NCBI GenBank assembly: GCA_951406725.2
Contig: OX597814.1
Location: 212,598,001 to 212,662,000, forward strand
Origin: Octopus vulgaris
Taxonomy: Eukaryota
Length of the DNA: 64,000 nucleotides
Direction: 5' to 3'
In this document: positions 26,674-40,519 of the stretch, one piece after another
Numbering within the stretch: position 1 is the stretch's first letter
Layout of the letters: every line of letters starts with the position of its first letter
Notes under the pieces: generated by a model
Databases searched by the model: none
What the model saw: the letters and a program-made list of their open reading frames with translations, nothing else
What the model was told of the DNA's origin: nothing
Program-made: the position numbers and the translations under genes

Positions 26674-26786
26674 CAAGAAAAAAGCAACAAGAATGGATTA
26701 ATTGCTCAGTTGCTCAGTACAATTGCTCAGTTCTTCGTATGAAACAATTGTACTGAACAACTAATCCATTCTTGTTGCTTTTTTCT

Positions 26787-26788
<2 letters not shown>
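26674..26788. repeat. Foldback palindrome next to (TA)n
   Basis: CAAGAAAAAAGCAACAAGAATGGATTA...TAATCCATTCTTGTTGCTTTTTTCTTG. Confidence 0.85.
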
Positions 26789-26833
<45 letters not shown>

Positions 26834-26899
26834 TAAAAGTGTGTCATGAATGAAAGTCTCGGTCGTTAATTCACTTTTCAGATCCTGCCGTGTAAAAAA

Positions 26900-27540
26900 A
26901 TTATTAGACTCATATATAATGTAGTGCATGACGGCTTTATGCAGCTATGAGTTAGAACAATGAAGTAGAAAACAATCAGTTACTTAGTTAATGTAAGAAA
27001 ATTTGCACTACTCTGTCCAGTACCTTCATGGGCCTCCACGTTTTCCAAATGTCTCGTCTACTTCATACATGCAGTACATCTTTAAGAACCCTATATATTT
27101 TTTGCACATCCATATGAGTATATGTATAGTATTCACTCATGCATAGTACTTATTTTGAATGAAACTTTTTTTCTGTGACTCATGGGCATTAACATTATAC
27201 TTCCAACGGAACATGTCTGCTCTCTTTCTTTCTATTTTCCGCAAATCGTGCTAAATTTCCCTACTTTGCAGCATATCACTGCGTACCCAGTCCCCAAGTA
27301 ACCTGCACTTCATTCTTGTTACCAGTAGAGATAATACAGTCCTGAATTCTTTACACTTCTTATACAAATACCAACTCTTCTAATTAGGTACCTTGTTAGC
27401 AACTGCTATCAAAAATTACTAGTGAATCCTCCATGTACCCTAAAGTACATTTTTTTTATATTTCTTTCTTAATGCTGACCCCTCTTCATCTGACACGTAA
27501 AAGTTACGTTCCCAGTTAAACTGCTGGTGACCCTAATACT
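26900..27540 (-). pseudogene. Highly decayed RTE-like LINE RT C-terminal fragment
   Basis: Minus-strand peptides KEFRTVLSLLVTR, VRSDMLQSREI* (cf. VRSAMLHGSETW) and DMFRWKYNV, with stops and frameshifts. Confidence 0.55.
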
Positions 27541-28004
27541 TTCATACTTTACACCAAATGAAATTTCTATTCACACCCTCACTGTGCACGGGTCGTGTTC
27601 ATTTCGGTGAAGAGAACACTACTCTGCGCCCTGACGGCACAATAGTATTATTTGCAAATTACTCAGAGAAACTGTACTGTTAATTTCGCATTCTTAAGTG
27701 CAACAATTAAGTGTAGTGAATGCACATACATATATCTATATCTATATATATATATATATATATATATGTATGGAGGGCAACCGGAGCAAACTGTCTCAAG
27801 TGTAACTGCCCGAAACAGTAAGGAATTTTGGTATACTTGACTGAGGAAAGAAGGCCACGAATGACTCTTCTTTTTGGCCTGCACTTCTAATTGTTGTTAC
27901 TCCCGTCCGCCTTTGTATCGTTTATCTGTCTGAATATTTTATTGTTCACTATTGCGTTTTTGTTCCATTATATATAAAAATATATATATATATTTAAGTA
28001 GTTG

Positions 28005-28144
28005 AATGAATTACCTTAGTATGGATAATTCGGTTTACCGATACCTGGGTAGCAAATTCACGTCAGAAAAACACGGTTGAGGCTACATGCCATATGTCGA
28101 GAATAAAGGAATTTTGTTAAATCGTCGTTCAAGTCCATTCCTTC

Positions 28145-28150
<6 letters not shown>
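28005..28150 (+). repeat. Dispersed repeat related to 55128-55370, flanked by (TA)n
   Basis: Shares GGATAATTCG...CCTGGGTAGCAAA...CACGGTTGA and AAAGGAATTTTGTTAAATC. Confidence 0.7.
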
Positions 28151-28176
<26 letters not shown>

Positions 28177-29433
28177 GAATACACACACATATATGTATGT
28201 GTTTGTGAATGCATGAGTTTGTGTGCGCGCACGCACACACAAATGTCTCGGTGTGTGTGTATACACAAATCCGTCTAATAATATTTCAGTATATGAGTAT
28301 TTATAAAAGCAGAGTGAATTAAAATGTTATGCAGAAATAGCATAGAAAACAAAATTTGCAATTCAACTTATTTATGAAATGATAATATAAGATAAAACCT
28401 CGTAACTACCTTCATAACTTTTATAAACAAACCCATGAATATTAGATACAGGCAGGAATTAGCGATAATGTTTCAAAAGATCCACACTCATAAGGAAAGT
28501 AGAAATTAATGCACAGGTAATTGATGCCAAAATGCCAGTAGAGTCTTAAAAGAAATAGGATTCAATGTATATTATATATTGATGTTACATAATGCATACC
28601 GTTAAATGTCTTTGGAAACGTTTATTTTTAGTCTAACAGTTTGTGAAAATGGGGATTTTGACATGTAATTTAGATATTGATGAAGGAAAAGTTTAAAAAA
28701 CTGAAGGTAGAAAATTTGAATGTTTTGAATATCTGTTATTCCATTTTGGTTGTAAAATTATTTCGTGTCCTCCACATATTTTCAATGCGTATAAGTCCGT
28801 ACAGTGATTCAAATTAAATAATAAACTCGATTATATACATTGAATGGTGGATATTATTTCAACAATAACATAGTAAAAATCTTGTTGCGCCAACTCCTGT
28901 CATATGGTTGGGTATGTGGTAGAACATTATTATTTTTAGGAAGGAAGCTACTTAATCGAGACTTACAATCGCCAAGATGTAACAAAAATGTAACACGTGT
29001 TAGATAGAATGCCTGTGTATTTGTAACATGTGATTGCACGATATCAGTTGAGCAAAATTTGAGACTGGTGAAAACAGAGTAGCAAAAGAAGGTGAAGAAA
29101 TTCACGAGATTTGTTTCTTTGTAGGCTATGGGGTTAGGAATATACAAAAATCACCCAAATTATCTTGTACCACTAGCAATCTAATAAAAAAAAAAAGTAG
29201 CTCTAATAATTGAATGCATGCGAAGCAAAGTCGTTTACTATGAGAAAGTAATTATATGGAACCGAAGACAGTTGCAGATACAAAAGACATCAGTGAACGT
29301 CCAAATCTGGGGATAACTAAATTTTCGAATTACGCTTCATATATCTCAATGAGGATCTGCGTGAATACATACGGGAATGCATATGTGTGTCTGGGTGGAT
29401 GTATGTTTGTATGTATACACACACACACACACA

Positions 29434-29483
<50 letters not shown>

Positions 29484-29500
29484 CAAACATATATATGCAA

Positions 29501-29536
<36 letters not shown>

Positions 29537-30601
29537 AATGAAAAATAAGAAATGTAAATATAGCATTTAATACAGATTTATTATCAATTAAAATCAAACG
29601 TTGTCCCTTACAGCTGTTTCAATTAAGCCCAATAAAGATTAAAAAAATTATTATTAAAATTACGTGGGGGGAAAGTCTTCCATACTCTACTAACATGCCA
29701 AGGACCAGCATAGAAGCAGTCTATGTTAACTTGACATCCGCATTTTATCCAAGCACCTAAAGAACCCAAGGCTCAGACAAATAAAGGAGTACGTCCTCAT
29801 ACATGAAACATACCCACTACTAAATAGGAAATATACGTAGTAGGTAATCATACCCCTATGCGCACAGTTTATATTTATATACAGGTAGAATAGTTATTGG
29901 GCTGTTATGTAGATGTATGCATGAGTGTGTGCGTGTATATATGTATACATATGCGTATATGCATATGCAAATGTAGGTAGGTAAATGGATATGAACAGAT
30001 AGGCACGGATGCATACATACTTACGCAAATGAAAACTGAATTCCGTGACTATATTCACACACACTTCACTTCGCACAAGGACACCTATGGGTACATATGG
30101 AGACATCTATATATACATGCACAGTACATAGTCACAAAAACCCATACACAGAGACACTCAGACATGCACACACAAGGCCACAGAGGAACACACACACACA
30201 TACAAACACACACATACATACATATATACATACGTACACGCACATACATGCATACACACTTACATGCGTGCATACATACATACATACATACATACATACA
30301 TACATGCATACATACATACATACAGATATACATACATACATACATACATACATACATACATACATACATACATACATACATACATACATGTGTATGCGCA
30401 CACACACTGGCCGCCCACACACATGAGCACAAAGAAGGGAAAAGAACGCAGCTCGGCTAACGGACAGTGTCAATGAATATTGAAAAGTTTGCAAGACAAA
30501 ACGGAAATTTAAGGAAAAATAGATAAGTAAATGAGTGGAAACTTAACCTCTGGGTGTGTTAAATAATAAGGCACTAAAAGAGAATGACACTCCTCAGGCA
30601 C

Positions 30602-30656
<55 letters not shown>

Positions 30657-30940
30657 CAGTGCAAGACTGCTAGGTAGTCGGCCGTATGCTAGAAATGGAT
30701 CATCAACGATCAAACTACAAAGAAAGTTCTCTAGAGGAAAAATTCAGCGAACACCAGAACCAAATTTGGCGGGCAGGACAGATGAAAATTTATATAAAAA
30801 ACATAATTAATTGCATACTGCCCTGCCAATATACACATATATTAGAATTTTCTCTGATTTCTCAGATCCTTTGTATGCTAGACTACTGGTTTAAAATTGA
30901 TATTGAAATTAATATTAACTTATCTCCCTCATTATTTAAA

Positions 30941-30987
<47 letters not shown>

Positions 30988-30995
<8 letters not shown>

Positions 30996-31360
30996 ATATT
31001 TCGGAATGGTCATATTGCCAGTTTAGCCAATAAAAACACACGCACTATATATTTGGTGTTATTTTGCTTCAGTGATATTTATTTTTACATTAATCTTAAT
31101 CTTATTTCGGCCAAAGTTCTTTCGTCACCTCCTGTGACCGCATCAGTGGTCCTTTGTTTTCTTCTCACTTACTTGTGTCTCTCCTTACTAACCGTCAGCC
31201 ATTTTGTATTTCTATTGTGTGACGAAAGAACTTTGGCCGAAATAAGATTAAGATTAATGTAAAAAATAAATATCACTGAAGCAAAATAACACCAAATATA
31301 TAGTGCGTGTGTTTTTATTGGCTAAACTGGCAATATGACCATTCCGAAATATAACAATAT
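30988..31360. mobile_element. Foldback element with ~141-bp near-perfect arms and a degenerate HHR-like motif (31109-31152, -)
   Basis: Arms at 30988-31128 and 31219-31360. Minus strand reads CCA CTGATGC G GTCAC-AGGAG-GTGAC GAAA GAAC TT TGG. Confidence 0.78.
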
Positions 31361-31689
31361 CTGTTTCAACACACGACTTCACATAAAAAATCTTGCACAA
31401 CAAATATTTAAACGTATATATATATATATATATATAAATATATATATATTTTATATGCATACAAATATACTGCTGAACCATGGGAACTTGAGCATTATGC
31501 CGGTAATAATAAACACACGCACTGGTCCAGTCCTTTATTGTTATTGTAGGCTCATAGGTTAGTTACGTTGTTAACTAATTCATAGATTAGCCGGGTTTTT
31601 TTTACTGGGTTTTCAAACTCAAATGCTAACATATAACTAATTCCGTCTACCAAAGCATCAGGGTAACAATAAATTACCCAACAAGATAC

Positions 31690-32633
31690 CCAAACAAACG
31701 ACGCCCGGTCCTTGACATAGAACTTTGGCTAGGGGCCATAAAAACAAGCTTCAAATCCTCCACTCGCATTATATGAAACCCATGTCCTCAAAATATGTGA
31801 TCCATAAAAGTTCGGCTCTGTAACACAATTTGAAAATTGATATATTGATAGTCGACTTAGTCAGAATAATGAAAAACATATCCCCGCCCATTTGCAAACC
31901 CTGGAAGAAACAGAAACACACACAAGACTTCATGTATCGCATGCAAATTTCGGGATACAATCCGAAAGATAGATTTCGAGTGTACAGGTGGTGGCTGGCA
32001 AGAAATTTGAAGATATTGTGAATAAGAATGTCGAAGGAACACAACCTAAGTACCGTAATAAGTAGTGTAATAAAATAGCGAGAACTTATGATAAAGCAAA
32101 CAAAAAGAACACGTTGTACAATGCCGACAAGTTTCAAGGGGTGATGTTTGTAGATGTCACACCATACGGGGAACTATCCTCAGATTCAGAAAAATCATGA
32201 AGGATACTAAATTGAACATGAAAGTCATGGAAAAACCAGGAAGATCCATGAGGTCAATAATAAAAATCCCACGTGTGTAGAGGAGGACTGTGTAGTGTGC
32301 AAATATTTCCCTGGTGTCAACTGCAAAACCAGAAAGGTGGTTTACCGAATAAACTGCATGGATAGTGATTGTAGAAACCGGAAGACTGCATACATAGGTG
32401 AAACGGCGAGAAGTTTGGACGAGCATATAAATGAACTTTGGAGAGAATACAGGGATCTAAGACAAACCTCGATACTCTGCCAGCATGCCAAAGAGCAACA
32501 TGTTGGTGTACTGAACCGAATTAGCATAGAAATTCTATCTAGAAACCCGAACGACGCATCGCTACGACATATACGAGAGTTAGTCTGGATAAACGAAACA
32601 CGACCGGTTTTGAATAGTAAATACTCTCATTAA
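31690..32633 (+). pseudogene. PLE RT thumb, Cys-rich linker and GIY-YIG endonuclease (disrupted)
   Basis: RPVLDIELW, HYMKPMSSKYVIH, LVRIMKNIS, MQISGY; then CREDCVVC...CKTRKVVYRINCMDSDC...YIGETARSLDEHINE...HAKEQH...RELVWINETRPVLN. Confidence 0.85.
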
Positions 32634-33335
32634 ACAGTGGCCTTACAAAGATGCATGAACGCACACACACATACACACATACGCACACACGAGAACAGAA
32701 CACACATACTCACACATACATGCAAAGACAAACATGAACACAGATATGTCCTCACGCCCACACGGACACATATATACGCATACGCAGACAACGGAAGCGT
32801 GCATGCAGAAGTTACACACGTACACACAAACACAGAGTAACTCACACATATGAATATAAACACATACACACAAACACACAAACATACACACACATAAAGA
32901 CACATTGAGACGCAGACACACATTCACACACATACGTAAACACAAACACAGACACATTACGCTCGTACGCACATGCACTCACATACACACATGGACACGC
33001 ATACGCATGCTCATGTACACAAATATCAATTTATTTAACGTTTATCAAACATAGAAGATGGCTTTACCGTCATTGAGAGAAACGTTATATAGATGAACGT
33101 GTGCGTTTGCGAAGTAAAAAAGAGAAAACCAAACCGTCATTTTATGTATATGAAAAATAACATAGTATTTATAAAAACACACACACTCACATGCGGATGC
33201 ACACAATTATGTATAAATACACACACATGCAGACATACACAGACAATCATACTCATCTCGGACAGATCTGGGACAGATCTCGGACTAATCCCAACGCTGG
33301 AACATAAGTTGAAAGGAAATGGAAGTAGAGAGGCG

Positions 33336-33381
33336 TGTCACTGAAGAGATTGCAACAATGCAATGAAATACACATTTGACA
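33336..33381 (+). ncRNA. Type I hammerhead ribozyme in the PLE terminal repeat
   Basis: TGTCA CTGAAGA G ATTGCA-ACAA-TGCAAT GAAA TACACA TT TGACA. Stems I and II are perfect, the core is canonical and stem III is weak. Confidence 0.78.
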
Positions 33382-33634
33382 AAAAAAATTAAAAGAAATG
33401 ACAACACAAACTATAGTGAACATTTGAACGATAAACTGTTTGACCAAAGTACTTAGCATATGAGTTCGAAAACCTAGTAAAAAAACGGCTAATCGATAAA
33501 ATGGTTACCGGAGTAACTAACCCATTAGCCTACAATAACGATAGAGAACTGAACCCATGCGTCTGTTCATTATTACCGGCATAATGCTCCTCCCAAGGTT
33601 CACATCAAGAATTTTGCAAAACAAATACAAATAG

Positions 33635-33683
<49 letters not shown>

Positions 33684-34261
33684 CTGTTATTGTTATTAAT
33701 ATTATTATTAGTGTTTTTACGTATTATTTTTGTATTCATATTCGTGTAACATCGTCCGTTTTTCTGTCCTTGTTTTGTATACATTCGAAGCTTTCGTCCA
33801 AGGAATCTAATGCGCTTAGCTTAGTTTTTCCTTGGGGCTGGCCAGATTGGAGCAATCTCAAGATTAATCAGCTGAAATTGCGAGGATGATCCGTGTTTTT
33901 TGTGTCGTCATCAAAATGTTTTGCGTTCTTGTCCCAGTTTGTATATATATATATATATATTAGGTCCGTTGGTAACTTTGAGCGGCACATTGAGTAGTCA
34001 GCGATCGCAAAATTTATCTCCGTCTCTGGCCAGCCGGTATGATTCTACCAAGAATCATCATCTTGGAAGAATAATACCGGCTCGTTGTCCTCTCAGCTTT
34101 ACATCATGTGCAAAATTCATCTGGTGGAGTAACACTGAGCTCAGCACTTTACCCGGCGTTGACAATCGTGTTATTTCTCTCAAATTTTGGCAGTTGCACA
34201 AAACTTCTTTCCTACCCGTTTTTTCCACCCAGCATGCGTTACATAACTATCAACCATTCGA

Positions 34262-34310
<49 letters not shown>

Positions 34311-34312
<2 letters not shown>

Positions 34313-34722
34313 CGCAGGAGTGGCTGTGTGGTAAGTAGCTTGCTTGCCAACCACATAGTTCCGGGTTCAGTCCCACTGCGTGGCATCTTGGTAAAGTGTC
34401 TTCTGCTATAGCCCCGGGCCAACCAATGCCTTGTGAGTGGATGTGGTAGACGGAAACTGAAAGAAGCCTGTCGTATATATGTATGTATATATGTATGTGT
34501 GTGTATATGTTTGTGTGTCTGTCTTTGTGCCCCCCTAGCATTGCTTGACAACCGATGCTGGTGTGTTTACGTCCCCGTCACTTAGCGGTTCGGCAAAAGA
34601 GACCGATAGAATATGTACTGGGCATACAAAGAATAAGTCCCGGGGTCGATTTGCTCGACTAAAGGCGGTGCTCCAGCATAGCCGCAGTCAAATGACTGAA
34701 ACAAGTAAAAGAGTAAAAGAGT
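34311..34722 (+). mobile_element. SINE family A, full length, inserted in (TA)n
   Basis: Near-identical to 4093-4508. Confidence 0.92.
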
Positions 34723-34742
34723 ATATATATATATATATATGA

Positions 34743-34921
34743 TATTGTGTCTGGGGAGAGTCATTCTTATGTAATGCCTTGTGAATTAACTTGCTCACCG
34801 GTTCGATTTCCACTCAATTACTTATTTATTTAGAAAAAAATAAATAAATGAAAGAAAATTGAACCGGTGTGTGTGTTAATTAACAACGTATTAAAACGGA
34901 ATAACTCTCGCTAGGCACAAT
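34743..34921. repeat. Diverged foldback palindrome
   Basis: TATTGTGTCTGGGGAGAGTCATTC...CACCGGTTC pairs with GAACCGGTG...GAATAACTCTCGCTAGGCACAATA. A related arm is at ~30550-30603. Confidence 0.7.
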
Positions 34922-34994
34922 AAAACACACGCTTCAACACACGAATTCACATCAAGAATCTTGAAGACCAAATAAAAATAAGAAATATATATAT

Positions 34995-35025
<31 letters not shown>

Positions 35026-35519
35026 ATGTGTGTGTGTGTGTGTGTGTACGAGAAAACTTTTTAACGGAAAGATGCCGATAATATCTCAATGAAATAAGGT
35101 TCTCCTTCATTGAGGTAAAAACTTGTTGAACACCTCACCTTGTATAATATCTCATTCCTGCTTGTTTTTCTAAATGAGTGTTTGCCCTCTATTATCTCAG
35201 TCTCCCTATGTCCCAGGTATATTATAAACAGCTCACTGATGTTATTTGCAATTATGAACATATAGAAATTCGTTGGGTGGGTTGTATAATATACGCTTTT
35301 GTAACTGCGCTATACCTTTGCTAAAGCAGTTTGTGTTACATGCTTATTCTTTTAATCATCTTATCCATTAGTAGTTGGTATTTTGTTCGCCCGTCTTGAA
35401 TTTCTCTGGTTTTCCTTCTCTTCAATGGCGACAACGATTGGTTCTTAAAGTATACATAGATGATATCAGCAAACAGACTTGTGAAGAATATTATGAATCA
35501 GAATTTTGTTATTAATCAT

Positions 35520-35945
35520 AATTTTCTTGCTATCGTTTAACATGGTGTTTTGTTATTCCAGTCTTAGCTTGGATTTCAGCTGTTTTACAGCTTTTGTCGT
35601 TTCCTCATTTTCTTCATAGTTGTCAGGCACTATAATTTCTGTCATGCGTTTTTCAGCGAAATAATTTTTTGTTTCCGGAGATGTACTTGCATAGCAAGTG
35701 ACCTGATCTGAGATCGTGTGCTGGAACGAAAACAATCGCAGCGTTGAAGGTGTTTATAAGCCATTTAAGAAACACAAAATCCGTTACATTCACTTCAAAA
35801 TTTAAATTTAATTTGTCAAAATATTTTCGTCGCTTTGAGACTGCGACATGTTCACTGACAAAATTCGGTATTTGCTTGTATTTAGTGGCTATTTGTGGCA
35901 GTTTCCCTTGCTTATGAATTAGAAACTAGTGACATTGCATTACAT
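35520..35945 (-). pseudogene. Decayed Dong/R4 fragment interrupted by a ~200-bp HHR-bearing insertion
   Basis: EIIVPDNYEENEETTKAVKQLKSKLRLE and FLIHKQGKLPQIATKYKQ align by eye to EIIPPNKHEE...EETTKAIKTMKSKLKIE and YLLQKEGKLIQIAAKHEQ of the 20249-21682 ORF. Confidence 0.72.
35812..35862 (-). ncRNA. Type I hammerhead with G3:C8 swapped core (GUGAACA)
   Basis: Minus strand: TTTGTCA GTGAACA T GTCGC-AGTCTCAAA-GCGAC GAAA ATAT TT TGACAAA. Confidence 0.72.
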
Positions 35946-36200
35946 ACGGCGCGAACAAGGATGCAGGGGACCTGTATTAGGATACTGGGACTATATCGTT
36001 GAAATATAGTCGGAGACCACGCTCTAAATGACTACAGTGACAAGAGCTAGAATTAACTTAGAGTGAGTCACAATGTAATACAAGACAGCAATGAGCAAAG
36101 ATGACTGATGCAACAAATAGGCAATTTATTTCGCATTTGTAAATGGCATACAGAATGCAGCTGAGCAGATCCAGAAGCCGGTCTACGTCGCACAATATGG

Positions 36201-36404
36201 TTAATGAGAGTATTTACTATTCAAAACCGGTCGTGTTTCGTTTATCCAGACTAATTCTCGTATCTGTCGTAGCGATGCGTCGTTCGGGTTTCTAGATGGA
36301 ATTTCTATGCTAATTCGGTTCAGCACACCAGCTCTTTGGCATGCTGGCAGAGTATCGAGGTTTGTCTTAGATCCCTGTATTCTCTCCAAAGTTCATTTAT
36401 ATGC
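36201..36404 (-). mobile_element. Second PLE GIY-YIG C-terminal fragment
   Basis: Near-identical (reverse complement) to ~32420-32633; encodes GVLNRISIEIPSRNPNDASLRQIRELVWINETRPVLNSKYSH. Confidence 0.88.
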
Positions 36405-37049
36405 TGGACGGGCTGGTTAAATTACTTGAGGTCCCTTTAGTCCAGATCTCTATGCAGAGTAAAACGGACTGCACTGCCGAAGTTTTTAAATCGGGACCTG
36501 TCTTTTGTAAAACAAACCTTATAGGTATTTAATTCTCTGACCTCTTTTTTCTGAATTCACTTTAAATCGTTACCTTCTTATTCGCTTTCTTTACCGCATT
36601 TATTGCATCTCCATTTCCTCTATTACGACACTGTATTCTTTTGATAATGTTCGCTTATATCACTTTTAATGTATCCCTTCAATCTATTATTCTATTTTTC
36701 ATTCTCCTTTTTGATACATCTCTTACGTTACAATAGCTTATCATTCTTCTGAACATTGGATGATGTGCTATATTTTTAATCGATTTTTTCACATTTTACA
36801 TACATTTTTGAACATTATGAAAAAAACCCGATCTCTTATAGCTAACAACCGATGTTTTTTTTTTCAAGAAGCTTGGATTCATTCAACGTTAAATTCTAGC
36901 AACCATTACAGAACGCGTTAAATGACATTTTGTCACCGATTAAATTTTAACAATAAGTAAAAGAAATATTTCTTGCGTACGAACCAGGTCATAAGTCCAT
37001 CACTTGCATAGAGACTTCAAGCGCATACATATGCATGTATGTGTGATTA

Positions 37050-37715
<666 letters not shown>

Positions 37716-38344
37716 TACTGTCGTTTTCCTTTTCTTTTCTTCTAACAATAATAATCGCATTTTTCCTTTATCCGAATAAGTAGCATCTTGTTATATTATA
37801 ACCATTGTTTTTTTTTTTTTTTGTCCTCATCTCAAAAGCGAAAAGAAAAACTGAGAGAGAGAGAGTCATAATGTATTACTAAGACAGCAATGCGCAAAGA
37901 CAACTGATGCAACAAATAGGCAATTTCTTTCTCATTTGTAAATGTAAACGAGCATTCAATATTACATAAGTAAAACACAAACTGTTTGACCAAACAATTT
38001 TGATTGGATATGGTTGCTGAATATATGAGAAATATCGATCGGTTTTCGCTCCTCAAGGAAACAATATTTGCTCTTACGAGAAATTGGTTACATTAGCTTA
38101 TATGTAAAGGCTTAATAAAAGCGTTTTGTTTCCTTACCTTCTTCGAGAATTGTTTTATAACTTAATTGCATTTGCGATGCAATATACATTTTATGCCTAT
38201 TCATTTTAGATTTTCTTGATTCATGACTGAATCATTAAGTGGTCTTTTCCTCCATTTTATTTCTCCTTTCCTGAAAACAACATTGAATGCGCTTACGTGT
38301 GTATATAAAAATTCACATGTATGTATGTGTGTGAGTGGGCGTCC

Positions 38345-38461
38345 ATGTATGTATATATGCATGTACACACATATATATATATGCATATATATGTATGTAT
38401 ACATATACATATACATATATGTGTATATATATATATACAAATATATATGTATATACATATA

Positions 38462-38557
<96 letters not shown>

Positions 38558-38592
38558 TATTTTATGCATATACTTGTGTCTGCGTAAGCGTG

Positions 38593-38648
<56 letters not shown>

Positions 38649-38841
38649 CGTATGTGTGTATGTGTGTATATCCATGTCTTTGTATTTTTGCGGGTTTTAG
38701 ATGGATGGATATGTGTGTCGGCGTGTGTGGATGGATGGTGCGTGTGTATGTGTATGTGTGTGTATGTGTGTATATCCATGTCTATGTATTTTTGCGGGGT
38801 TTAGATGGATGGATATGTGTGTCGGCGTGTGTGGAAGGATG

Positions 38842-38884
<43 letters not shown>

Positions 38885-38890
38885 TGTGTG
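38345..38890. repeat. Microsatellite region with a ~100-bp tandem duplication (~38665-38750 and ~38768-38850)
   Basis: TATATCCATGTCT(T/A)TGTATTTTTGCGGG...GGATATGTGTGTCGGCGTGTGTGG occurs twice. Confidence 0.85.
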
Positions 38891-39399
38891 GCATGCTTTC
38901 ATCTGTTTACTACTTAACTGTAAACAATATTTTCTGTCGTTATTATCCAATGCATATAATGTTTATTAGAGAATCAAAGAGATTTTTATCAAAACAATAC
39001 TGCCTGTTATTATAGCGCTGAAATAATTAAATACTCCGAAAACCTTTGTATATGCACCTTAATATTTCATCCATGAAACTAAAGAACTTTGCTTTTCACT
39101 TAGAAAGGAATATGTATACAATGGATCCCATAGCTGTAAAAAATGTTTTTAAAGAAATTAATATTTATTCCACTGCCCTACACACACTTCAGTCGTCATA
39201 CGGATTACAAATAATTTGTTAAATGAAAACAAACGATGACCTCCTCATGGATTTAATAAAACCGTCCATATCAAAAGCTACATTCCTCAGCATATTTGGT
39301 TACGCTTCTGCGCGCATGTAACTCATTTTGTACGAGTGTCTATGTGAACTTGTGTGTGTGTGCATAAATAGATGTGTTTCTACGTATATCTTTAGGTAA

Positions 39400-39523
39400 T
39401 TAGATAGATGGATAGATAGATAGATACATACATACATACATACATGCATAGACAGACAGATAGGTAGATAGAAAGACAGACATATGGATAGATAAATAGA
39501 TAGATAGATAGATAGATATAGAT

Positions 39524-39614
<91 letters not shown>

Positions 39615-39860
39615 CAGATAGATAGATAGATAGATATGTTTCTTTATTAGCCACACAGGGCTGCACACAGATAGAACAAATTACAAGGTAGAGCTTTTCT
39701 TTTGAAGGTTTAAAAAAAAAAAAAAAAAGGAAGGGGGAGTTTCGATCAAAAGGGATCGTAAAAGGAGAGAAAGAGGACAAAAAAAAGGGGGGTTAAAAAA
39801 AAAGGGGGAGAGGAAAAAAAAATTGATCAATAGGGATCGTTATCACAGAAATGTCAATAT

Positions 39861-39915
<55 letters not shown>

Positions 39916-40140
39916 GATAGATAGATAGAGAGATAGATAGAAAGATAGATAGATAGATAGATAGATATATAATAGATAGATAGATAGATTGATAGATAGA
40001 TAACTTTCTTTATTGACCACAGGGCTGAACACAGAGGGGACAAATACAAATGTAGAGCTTTTCTTTTCGAAGATGGATAAAGAAAAAAAGGGGGGGGGAG
40101 GATAGATGGATAGGGAGAGAGAGAGAGAGATGTAAAGTAA
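39400..40140 (-). mobile_element. Two tandem retroposon 3' ends, each with a long (CTAT)n tail
   Basis: TTTCTTTATT(A/G)..CCACA..GGGCTG.ACACAGA...GTAGAGCTTTTCTTT at ~39638 and ~40005, each preceded on + by (TAGA)n. The terminus resembles the SINE C 3' end. Confidence 0.65.
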
Positions 40141-40377
40141 CGTACTTAGTCGTGCTAATGATATAAACAAGAGGGCATGTTGCACCAAAAACCAATATGG
40201 GTGTTTCTCTAATTATAACAAACACAGTATAGTTTGTTTTAATAGAACATTCCCGTTTAAGAGCGGATAAACAATATCTCTCACTATTAATACAGCTCAT
40301 GTCTCTAATAAACGTTTCTTAAGAAGTTCATTGGCTAATCGCGATTCTAGCGCCTCTTCTCGCACTGTTGTTCTATA

Positions 40378-40415
40378 CTAGCAGTATAACCTGGTTTTGC
40401 CCGGGATTTAGTTAG
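40378..40415 (-). mobile_element. Helitron-like 3' terminus (hairpin + CTAG|T); 5' extent uncertain, possibly to ~40950
   Basis: Plus strand ACTAGCAGTATAACCTGGTTTTGCCCGGG resembles the ends of the 11545 and 42353 elements. Confidence 0.55.
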
Positions 40416-40477
40416 GACTATTAATTTAATCAAGTTCTTTATTTCAAACCAAACTAAGAAACATATATATGTGTTGC

Positions 40478-40519
<42 letters not shown>

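Larger units (their letters stand above)
31474..33630 (+). mobile_element. Penelope-like element (possibly Neptune-type), 5'-truncated, with an inverted partial terminal repeat
   Basis: Decayed RT C-terminus and GIY-YIG endonuclease. 31474-31629 is the reverse complement of 33453-33602. HHR in the 3' repeat. Confidence 0.85.
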
